Source: an uncultured Planctomycetaceae bacterium
Lineage (GTDB): Bacteria > Planctomycetota > Planctomycetia > Isosphaerales > Isosphaeraceae
Reading direction: 5' to 3'
DNA: 64,000 bases
Assembly (NCBI GenBank): GCA_963833985.1
Contig: CAWIAD010000002.1
Span: 6,528,001 to 6,592,000, forward strand
This document shows, one piece after another, positions 22,728 to 30,839 of this stretch. Numbering within the stretch: position 1 is the stretch's first letter; each line of letters begins with the position of its first letter. The notes beneath the pieces are model-generated. The model saw only the letters and a program-made list of their open reading frames with translations. It ran no database searches and was not told the DNA's origin. Made by a program: the position numbers and the translations under genes.

Positions 22728-23042
22728 TTAGTTGGCGATGTGCCGGTAGCGTACCTTCTCGGCGAGTTCACGCTTCCACGTCTCTGCGATTTTGGCTGCG
22801 GACTCCTGCAATGCCAGCGGTAGCTTGCTCGTGTCGCCGAAAAGACTCCATCCGAGAACGTGGAGATCAACGTCCCAGAGTTCCCGAAAACGATCAATTA
22901 ATTCCGGAGACGGGACAGACCTGCTGTTCTCGATATTGCAATAGTGAACAACCGAGATTCCCAATTCCTCGGCCATTTCCTTCTGCTTGAGACCCAAGCG
23001 CTCCCGCAAATATCGGGCAGTGCGACCCACGTAGAGACTCAT
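22728..23042 (-). CDS. XRE-family helix-turn-helix protein
   Basis: RYLRERLGLKQKEMAEELGISVVHYCNIENSRSVPS; GGAG RBS; stop codon lies 1 nt before the RT ATG. Confidence 0.9.
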   Translation of the reverse strand: MSLYVGRTARYLRERLGLKQKEMAEELGISVVHYCNIENSRSVPSPELIDRFRELWDVDLHVLGWSLFGDTSKLPLALQESAAKIAETWKRELAEKVRYRHIAN

Positions 23043-23071
23043 AACAAACTCCAGAAAGTGGATGGGGTGTT

Positions 23072-23320
23072 CTAGAACGCATTGGTTCCGGATAGGTAAG
23101 CAAAGGCTCTTGCCGTAGCAGACCATGCCGCGACAATGTCCGGCGGATCCTGATACAGTGCCTCAGCCACCTCCCTCTCCAGCGGTCCTAGAACACTCCC
23201 GTAAGCCGCAGCCAGTTCATCTGAGCCATTGATCTGATTCCAGAATTCCACTATGTCGTGCAATTTCCTCTCAGTATCGGGCAGTAATGAACCGGCGGAC
23301 GAGCGAACTACATCGATCAT
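23072..23320 (-). CDS. Small orphan protein (82 aa), putative retron effector
   Basis: ATG at 23320 preceded by GGGAG RBS; MIDVVRSSAG...GTNAF; co-oriented and tightly packed with the HTH and RT genes. Confidence 0.6.
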   Translation of the reverse strand: MIDVVRSSAGSLLPDTERKLHDIVEFWNQINGSDELAAAYGSVLGPLEREVAEALYQDPPDIVAAWSATARAFAYLSGTNAF

Positions 23321-23585
23321 GATGTGACTCCCAAAGGGGACGCGGCTTGGCACTGAGAAGTCCAGTACCAACCATTATGCTATAAGTAGGTACACATATA
23401 GCATGTGCCTGCGGACCTGGTGGTCTCACCTGGGGTGATGTAGCCGACCAGCCTTGGGCGGTGCGTTACGCGTCAAGTAAGCTCCGAGTCCGGTGAGCTC
23501 ACCAGTCAGAGGAACACCAGAAACGCAACGCTTCAGGTCCCGGAGGGCATCACGCTTTCGCGTGGGCGTTGGGAGCATTCGTCGT
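23321..23585 (-). ncRNA. Candidate retron msr/msd-like structured RNA
   Basis: Terminal inverted repeat (23569-23576 with 23327-23334) and several internal stems. G-U pairs and a GAAA tetraloop occur only in the minus-strand reading. Boundaries are approximate. Confidence 0.6.
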
Positions 23586-23591
23586 CTAAGA

Positions 23592-23623
23592 TCTACTAAA
23601 GTAGAAGTTTAATCCGAAGTCAA
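23592..23623 (-). promoter_or_regulatory. Candidate promoter with palindromic operator
   Basis: Minus-strand TTGACT (23623-23618). The perfect palindrome TCTACT-AA-AGTAGA (23592-23605) covers the expected -10 position; the -10 match itself is weak. Confidence 0.45.
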
Positions 23624-24036
23624 GATGCAGGCCAAGAGAAGCGAACTCCAAAAGAGACATCATTCCGATCGCAGACAACAGGGAAACAGTTCGTTGTGCC
23701 TGCTGAGTCTCCGTTGATTCTTCAGGAAGAGAGACACGATTGGAATCGTATCCCACGAGAAGAGGGAGGCGACTGGAAGCGTAGCACTTCCGAGTGGGCC
23801 CGTCGGGGCCTGACTTGCAGCAACAGGCGGTGGTTCGGTCATAAGGGTTCTACGTGTGGTGCGGAGTGGGGGCGCTGGTCTTTCTCGCCGGGGTTGTCCC
23901 ATTGGCGCAGATTGGCGCTTAAGATAGCAGGGACCGGCGACGAGGCCGGGGTATGTTCAGAGGCAGGGAGAAGCCCCGGGTCGTGAGCGATCCCGCGTTC
24001 CAGCTTCAACAATCCCACAAAAACCAGGAGCCGCCG

Positions 24037-25275
24037 ATGTCCGCCGCGCTCGCCGAATTGCCTGATGCGAAAGACGTTACGCATCTCGCCACATCCATCA
24101 TGCCCACGCCTGCCGCAAGTCCGGCGCGGGCCGAGGCCAGCCGGGCCAACGGCCGCAAGTCGCGCGGGCCGACTTCGCCGGAGGGGAAGGCTCGCAGCCG
24201 GAAGAATGGATGCAAGGAGGGGCTCACCGGGGCCGGGGTCGTGTTGCCGCCGGCCGCGGCCGAGGAGGTCGAACGGCGCGAGCGCGAGTTCATCCGCGAC
24301 CTCCGGCCCCGCAACGAGGTCGAGCGCGAGCTCGTTCGGCAGATCGCACTCGGGGCGTGGCGGCAGCACGAGCTGTGCCTGCGGATCATCCGCCACGACG
24401 CCGAGACGAACGCCGCCCGGTTCGCCAACTGGGAGCAGGACGAGCTGGTCAAGGTCGCGGAGATTGGCCGGCGGCTGGCGGATGATCCGCAGGCGGCCGT
24501 CGCGCAGCTTCAGCGATCCAGCTCCGGCTGCGACTGGCTCATCGAGCGCTGGAGGCTCTTGGGCAATGCCCTCGGAGCGGCCGAAGACAGCCCGCGGTGC
24601 GACTGGTCCGAGGCCGACGTCACGCTCATTCTCAACCTGCTGAGCCGGCCGGCGGAGCTGCGGCATCTGGATGACTGGACGGGCTGGCTGGAGGGCCTCT
24701 GCACGCAGGCCCGGTCGGGGTCGGACGAGGCCGTGGGCGAGCTGCGGGCGATGATCGACGAGCAGGTCGAGGAGCTGGAGAGGCGGAGCGACGAGGTCTG
24801 GCAGTCCGTCGAGCAGCCGGCCATGCAGGGCTGGCTGACCGGGGCGAGCCTGGACCTGGGCCCCGAGGGCACACGCCTCCGGCGCTACGAGGCGGCCGCC
24901 GACAGGCTCTTCCGCTCGGCCTGGACCAAGCTGGAAAAGCTGCGCGCTGAGCGCGGGAGGCCCATGATCGGCCATTCCGCGTATCGCCACGAGCCCGAGC
25001 CACTCCCGCGCACCCGCTCGGCCGAGCCGCCCGAGCCCGCGGCACCCCCGGCTTCTGCACCGGCAGTGACGGTTGCGCCGGCCGCGGCACGTCCGCGGCT
25101 CGAGGTTCCGGCCTCGACTCTGCGAGACGATCCCTCCCCGGTGCTCGACCTCTACGTGGCCGGCCGGCCGGGCAACGCGGATCGCCCCGGTTTTTCATTG
25201 CAGAACAAAGCGAACCCGGCGCCCGGCCTGATCTCGAAGGGCGGACTGGCCGCGGCCCTCCGCGGCAAGGTCTGA
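24037..25275 (+). CDS. Conserved hypothetical protein (planctomycete multicopy type)
   Basis: AGGAG RBS; ASRANGRKSRGPTSPEGKARSRKN...GLTG N-terminal motif and LRRYEAAADRLF C-terminal motif. Confidence 0.75.
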   Translation: MSAALAELPDAKDVTHLATSIMPTPAASPARAEASRANGRKSRGPTSPEGKARSRKNGCKEGLTGAGVVLPPAAAEEVERREREFIRDLRPRNEVERELVRQIALGAWRQHELCLRIIRHDAETNAARFANWEQDELVKVAEIGRRLADDPQAAVAQLQRSSSGCDWLIERWRLLGNALGAAEDSPRCDWSEADVTLILNLLSRPAELRHLDDWTGWLEGLCTQARSGSDEAVGELRAMIDEQVEELERRSDEVWQSVEQPAMQGWLTGASLDLGPEGTRLRRYEAAADRLFRSAWTKLEKLRAERGRPMIGHSAYRHEPEPLPRTRSAEPPEPAAPPASAPAVTVAPAAARPRLEVPASTLRDDPSPVLDLYVAGRPGNADRPGFSLQNKANPAPGLISKGGLAAALRGKV

Positions 25276-25528
25276 GCGCCCGGCCGCGTCACCGATTGGC
25301 CCCGATCCCGGCGGACCCGCGACTGAAAACGGCGTCCGATCGAGACTCCGAACGCCCTATCCCCGCGCCGGCCGGCCTGGGGTAGATTCTGTGCTCCCGG
25401 CGACGTCTGCGCTGGCACAGCCCTGCCTTCGCATGACGCAAGACTCGTTACGTGCTAATACAAAGCACATGCAAGCGCATTTGAGTAACTCTCAAAGCAT
25501 ACACTGTCCAAAGCATATCAAAGGAAAA

Positions 25529-25560
25529 AGGTGTCAGGAACCGAGTGGCTCCTGACACCT
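25529..25560. repeat. REP-like inverted repeat / possible bidirectional terminator
   Basis: AGGTGTCAGGAACC-GAGT-GGCTCCTGACACCT between convergent genes. Confidence 0.65.
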
Positions 25561-25588
25561 CCGAGGTGCTCGTTGATGCAGATTGCGA

Positions 25589-28500
25589 TCAGGCGAGGCT
25601 GCCCGGTTTCTTGCTGAGGGGGATCTGGTAGAGGTTGGTGAGGGTGGGTGTGGTGTTCGGGCTGCTGATGGTTACCGGGTAGTTCGACGTCTGGCCGAGC
25701 TTCACGGTGTTGGTCGTGATGCCAGAGCCCGTGCTGGTCGTGGCAGCGGGGCCGGCGGCAAGCAGCAGGGGCTGCACGGTCTGATTGAGGTTCGTGTTCG
25801 CGGGCTGAGCGGGCGTGTTGCCGGCGGGCCCGATGGTGACGATGGTCACGGCGTCGAGGAAGACGGTGTTATCGCCACCGACGCTGTCCAGGCCCTGGAA
25901 GGTGATGGTGTGGCTACCCGCGGAGACGGTGAAGTTGGAGGTGGCATAGCCGGCATAGCTGATCGAGCCCGGCTTGAACGTGCCGACCACGGTGCCATCG
26001 ACCAGGACGTTGAAGTCCTCGTGCGAGGTCAAGTAGTTGCCGCGCTGGGCTGCGTCGAAGCTGATCTGATAGGTGCCGGCGGTCCAGCCGGTGACGTTCT
26101 GGGTGAACGACCCGGTGCGCTGGACGTAGGCGACCTGAGCACCCTGGGGGGCATTCGGGTTGCCGCTGGTGAAGGCGCTGCCGTTTCCGGAGATGCCGGA
26201 CTGGCCGGAGAAGGTCCAGCCCGCGTTCGTGGGGTCGACCACGAAGCCATGGCCGACATTCGGCGCCTCGAAGCCGGCATTGGCCGGGGTCGGGGCAGCG
26301 GGGAGCAGGGTCACGGCGTCGAGGAAGACGGTGTTATCGCCGCCGACGGTATCCAGGCCCTGGAAGGTGATGGTATGGCTTCCCGCGGAGACCGTGAAGC
26401 TGGAGGTGGCGAAGCTGGCATAGCTGGTCGAGCCCGGCTTGAACGTGCCGACCACGGTGCCATCGACCAGGACGTTGAAGTCCTCGTGCGAGGTCAGGTA
26501 GTTGCCGCGCTGGGCTGCGTCGAAGCTGATCTGGTAGGACCCCGCGGGGAAGGCGACGGACTGGTTGAACGAACCGGTGCGCTGGACGTAGGCGACCTGA
26601 GTTCCCTGGGGAGCGTTCGGGTTGCCACTGGTGAAGGCGCTGCCGTTTCCGGAGATGCCGGACTGGCCGGAGAAGGTCCAGCTCGCGTTCGTGGGGTCGA
26701 CCACGAAGCCGTTGCCGACGTTCGGCGACTCGAAGCCAGCGTTGGCGAGGGTGGGGACGCCTGGTACCAGGCTCAGAGCGTCGAGGAAGACGGTGTTATC
26801 GCCGCCGACGGTATCCAGGCCCTGGAAGGTGACGGTGTGGGTTCCCGCGGTGACGGAGAAGGTGGAGGTGGCGAAGCTGGCGTAGCTCGTCGAGCCCGGC
26901 TTGAAGGTGCCGACCACGTTGCCGTCGACCAGGACGTTGAAGTCCTCATGAGAGGTCAGATAGTTGCCGCGCTGGGCTGCGTCGAAGCTGATCTGGTAGG
27001 TCCCCGCGGGGAGGACGACGGACTGGTTGAACGACCCGGTGCGCTGGACGTAGGCGACCTGAGTTCCCTGGGGAGCGTTCGGGTTGCCGCTGGTGAAGGG
27101 GCTGTTGTTGGCGGAGATACCCGCCTGTCCGCTAAAGGTCCAGATGGTGCCGGTGGGGTCGGTCTTGAAGGTTCCGGCCGGGAGGACGGGCGACTCGAAA
27201 CCAGCATCGCCCAGGGTGGCGGTGCCAGGGACAGCGACTGGCGTGCTCAGGGCCGAGGTCTGGGTGGCGGAGAGGTCGGCCATTGCCGTGATCAGCTCGC
27301 CGCCCGCGATCGCGGAAGGAAGGATCGTGCTGAAGCTGGCGTTGCCGTTGTTGTCGCTGGTCACGTTGACCTGGCTGATGAAGGTCTCTCCCTGGTTGCC
27401 GGTGAAGACGGGAGTGGCCGGGGTCGCGTAGATTTCAATGTCGAGATTGGCGTTATGATCGGGCGAGCCGGTCACCACGCCCGTGACCGTGGTCCGGCCC
27501 GTGGCGTCGGTGGTCACGCCCGTGATCACCGGGATGGCTTGCGGTGTCGGATTGCCCACCTGGACGATGCTGCCAGCCCCGTTCCCGTAGACCGCGGTGA
27601 AGGACCAACCGGTCCCCGTCGTCCCCTGGTCGGTCAGGATGCCGTCACCGCCGTTGTAACGATCGATCACGAAGCCCAGGACGTTGTTGTTCGCGGCGTG
27701 GATGGAAACGCCGTTGCCCATGTTGCCCAGCGCGATCGTGTTGTTGAGATCAACCCCGACGTAATCGAACCCGACCACATTACCGGTGGAGGACGTGATC
27801 GAGACGCCGTCGCCAAGATTCCCCGCGATCACGTTCAGATTGGGATAGTCGGACGAGACGGAGCCCACGGTGGTGTTCGAGGTACCGGCGGCGATGGTGA
27901 CGCCGTTGCCGCCGTTGGGCAGCGCGACCGTGCCCGTGACGTCGGTGCCGATGAAATTGCCCGAGATCACCGCGCCGGTCGTGCCGCTGTCGGTGACCAG
28001 GATCCCGTTGACCGAGTTGCCCGAGATCACGTTCCAGGCCGCCAGGTTCCAGGTGGCGCCAGAGTTCTGGCCGCCGATCGTGTTGCTCCCTGCGCCCAGG
28101 CCCTCGTAGACGCCGTCGAGCTGCTGGCTATTCGCGAGGAAAGCCTTGCCGGTGATGTCGGTGCCGATAAAGTTCCCTTCGACGACGTTCCCCGTCGTGC
28201 CCGAGAAGCCGATGAGCACCCCCTCGAAGAGGTTGCCGGAGATGACGTTCCGCGCCGCGGTCGTGGTACCGCCGATCGTGTTGTTCTGGGCACCGAAGAC
28301 CACGTCGATACCGTTGTGGTCGTTGGGGACGGCGTGCTTCCCGGCCGCATCCGTGCCGACCAGGTTGTTCGCGACCGTGTTCAGGTTCGTGCCGGAATCG
28401 CTGATGTAGATGCCCCAGCCGATGTTCCCGGAGATGACGTTGCCGCTGTTCGAGGCCGCGTAGCCGATGAAGTTGCTCGACGCCTGGCCGTTGACATGCA

Positions 28501-29881
28501 CTCCGTCGCCAGCGTTGCCCAGCGCGGTGACGCCGTTGGCGTCGATCCCGATCAGGTTGTTCTCGACGAAGTTCTCGTCGGTGTCAAAACCCGAAATGGT
28601 CACACCGTTGCCCGCGTTGCCCGAGATGATGTTCGGGGTGCTGGTTGGAAGGCCGATGAAGTTCGAGCTTGCCGCACTGGTCACCGTGACGCCGTCGCCG
28701 GCGTTGGGCAGGGCCGTCTCTCCGGTGATGTCCGTGCCGATGTGCACCCCCTCGACGATATTCGAGGAGGTGAACAAACCGGAGATCAGAACGCCGCTGG
28801 CTCCGTTGTTCGAGATGACCTCGGGGGCGGTCGTGGTACCGCTCACGACGTTGTAACCGGCGCCCATGACAATGCCCACGCCGTCCACGCCGTTTCCATA
28901 GGATCGTCCAACGGAATCGGCGCCGTGCATGCCGGTGATATCGGTACCGATGACGTCACCCTCGACCACGTTGTCGTACGTGCCGCTGTCGGTGATGTAG
29001 ATGCCGTAGCTCTTGTTGCCCAGGATGACATCCTTGGCGGACGTGGTCGTGCCGCCGATCGTGTTGTACGAGGCCCCGCCGTTGATGACGATGCCGCTTC
29101 CCCCGCCCCCGCGCTGGCCGTTGCCCAGCGCGTTCCCCGGGTCGTCCACGACGGCAGCACCCGTGTTGTCCGAGCCGATGATCGTGCCGCTGATGACATT
29201 CTTCGTGGTGTTCAGCCCCGAGAGGATGATGCCGTTGTAGTCGTTCGCCGAGACGATATCGTTGGACAGCAAGTTCCCCGTGGACGATCCGCCGTTCTCG
29301 CTCTGGATCGTCAGGCCGTAGACGCCGTTGCCTTCGTAGACGATATTCCCATTCGCATCCTGGCCGGTCGCGTTGTTGTTGGGGTCGATGCCGATATAGT
29401 CGCCGGTAAGCGTCACGTTCGAGGCGTTGTCGATGAGCACGCCGCCACTGGAAAACGCGTCGATGGCCAGCGCCTTGACCTGCGTCCCCGACGCCGTGAT
29501 GTCCAGGCCAAGCGCCGAGCCCGCCGAGCTGCCCAGAAGCTGGACGAACGGGTGGGCGCCGTTGTAGCTGCTCTCGGTCGTGCCGTCGATGATCACGGGC
29601 TGGGTGATCGTGGGCAACTGCGAGGAGAGCTGGATCTGCGCGATGTTATGAAGACCCGAGAATGAGATGACGTTCGGGTTGTTGACGGTGGCGGGGGTGC
29701 TGTCGGAGTTGATGATGGCCTGGCGCAGGCTGCCGGTTCCACTGTCTCCCAGGCTGCTCACGCTGAAGGTCGCCATGAGCTGGCGGTCCTCGAGGGGCTC
29801 CATGCACATCCGGCTGCGGCGGTCACGCTTGACACGGACTGGGGTCTCGTTGCGGCGACGGGGATTCCAGGAGCGAATCAT
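25589..29881 (-). CDS. Large secreted beta-helix repeat protein with three C-terminal jelly-roll (DUF642/CBM-like) modules
   Basis: MEPLEDRQLM N-terminal motif, DSGTGSLRQAI, repeated GNxIGTDxTG/NVISGN units, and three copies of AGFESP...WTFSGQ...HTITFQGLD. Confidence 0.85.
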   Translation of the reverse strand: MIRSWNPRRRNETPVRVKRDRRSRMCMEPLEDRQLMATFSVSSLGDSGTGSLRQAIINSDSTPATVNNPNVISFSGLHNIAQIQLSSQLPTITQPVIIDGTTESSYNGAHPFVQLLGSSAGSALGLDITASGTQVKALAIDAFSSGGVLIDNASNVTLTGDYIGIDPNNNATGQDANGNIVYEGNGVYGLTIQSENGGSSTGNLLSNDIVSANDYNGIILSGLNTTKNVISGTIIGSDNTGAAVVDDPGNALGNGQRGGGGSGIVINGGASYNTIGGTTTSAKDVILGNKSYGIYITDSGTYDNVVEGDVIGTDITGMHGADSVGRSYGNGVDGVGIVMGAGYNVVSGTTTAPEVISNNGASGVLISGLFTSSNIVEGVHIGTDITGETALPNAGDGVTVTSAASSNFIGLPTSTPNIISGNAGNGVTISGFDTDENFVENNLIGIDANGVTALGNAGDGVHVNGQASSNFIGYAASNSGNVISGNIGWGIYISDSGTNLNTVANNLVGTDAAGKHAVPNDHNGIDVVFGAQNNTIGGTTTAARNVISGNLFEGVLIGFSGTTGNVVEGNFIGTDITGKAFLANSQQLDGVYEGLGAGSNTIGGQNSGATWNLAAWNVISGNSVNGILVTDSGTTGAVISGNFIGTDVTGTVALPNGGNGVTIAAGTSNTTVGSVSSDYPNLNVIAGNLGDGVSITSSTGNVVGFDYVGVDLNNTIALGNMGNGVSIHAANNNVLGFVIDRYNGGDGILTDQGTTGTGWSFTAVYGNGAGSIVQVGNPTPQAIPVITGVTTDATGRTTVTGVVTGSPDHNANLDIEIYATPATPVFTGNQGETFISQVNVTSDNNGNASFSTILPSAIAGGELITAMADLSATQTSALSTPVAVPGTATLGDAGFESPVLPAGTFKTDPTGTIWTFSGQAGISANNSPFTSGNPNAPQGTQVAYVQRTGSFNQSVVLPAGTYQISFDAAQRGNYLTSHEDFNVLVDGNVVGTFKPGSTSYASFATSTFSVTAGTHTVTFQGLDTVGGDNTVFLDALSLVPGVPTLANAGFESPNVGNGFVVDPTNASWTFSGQSGISGNGSAFTSGNPNAPQGTQVAYVQRTGSFNQSVAFPAGSYQISFDAAQRGNYLTSHEDFNVLVDGTVVGTFKPGSTSYASFATSSFTVSAGSHTITFQGLDTVGGDNTVFLDAVTLLPAAPTPANAGFEAPNVGHGFVVDPTNAGWTFSGQSGISGNGSAFTSGNPNAPQGAQVAYVQRTGSFTQNVTGWTAGTYQISFDAAQRGNYLTSHEDFNVLVDGTVVGTFKPGSISYAGYATSNFTVSAGSHTITFQGLDSVGGDNTVFLDAVTIVTIGPAGNTPAQPANTNLNQTVQPLLLAAGPAATTSTGSGITTNTVKLGQTSNYPVTISSPNTTPTLTNLYQIPLSKKPGSLA
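25850..27215 (-). repeat. Three tandem 462-bp intragenic repeats
   Basis: Homologous positions recur at 26160, 26622 and 27084 with high nucleotide identity. Confidence 0.85.
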
Positions 29882-30173
29882 GATCAGGTCCTCCCATAGG
29901 TGCAGGGCGATCCCGCACGGCCTGCTCCGGAGCCTGTCCCGGGAGCAACGTGGCTGGGTCGCGGACTTTTTTGTTTGATCCGGAACTGAGCGTTCCAGGC
30001 GGGCAAGAGCGGCTGGTCACTTTGCCAGCCGCGTGTGGGCCTTGCTTCTACGATGAAATGGCCAGTCGAAGTCGGATCCCGACAGCAAACCGTTTTTTTT
30101 CCGCCCGGAGCGCCGGGAGTGACCGTGCGTGTCTGTTAGAGAGCGGTTTTCACTCGGATCGCAGACTGAGACC

Positions 30174-30237
30174 GGGGGGCAGGCATTCCTGCCTGCCGGA
30201 GCATGCCTGCCCTGACAGACAGGAATGTCTGCCCCCC
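30174..30237. repeat. REP-like inverted repeat
   Basis: GGGGGGCAGGCATTCCTGCCTGCC (30174-30197) pairs imperfectly with GACAGACAGGAATGTCTGCCCCCC (30214-30237). Confidence 0.65.
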
Positions 30238-30839
30238 CTTCCAAGATCTCAGAAACTGCTTGCAACACGTCAGAAAACCGCCCTAAGTTGTCCGCTCTCC
30301 GTCGCCATTTCTTTGCCTCTATCTGGCACCATAAAACTCTCGAGCGACAGGCTGGTTGCGTTGGAGATGGTGAAGTCGCTCGCCAGGCTGTGGTCGATAC
30401 GATTCGGACCCCGGCGGTGACCGGGGCCGACGACCAGATCGTCGACGATCTGAACCGATGTGGCTTTCATTCCGGGATCGGTGCCAGGTTCATCATGTCG
30501 ATCGTACGTCAGGTTCGCGTGGCGTACGGGAGTGAGAGCGGTTGTCATGTCCAGCCGCGGTTTTGCGCGGAAGGCAGGCGGGGCGATGAGCGTTACCTGG
30601 TCCGCGCTGTAGCCGAACGGCTCGGTCGCGGAGTGGTGCCGGAGCGGCAAGTTCGACGAAGTCCGGGCGGTGAGATACGGTCCCGGGTGGATCGGCCTGA
30701 CCACCGTGAACATCGCCGAACTGAGCAACCCGCCTGGTCGGGGATCGTCGGGTGCGGGGTAGGGGGATTGGCGAACGCCCAAAAAACCGACGTGCCACGG
30801 TGTCGCCCCTCGTAGAGGAGTCGGCTGGCATGTGAGTAT

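Noticed and set aside
25583..29665. 1360-aa plus-strand ORF
   Set aside because: Antisense shadow of the repeat protein; it has no motifs, and such shadows are expected with high-GC codon bias.
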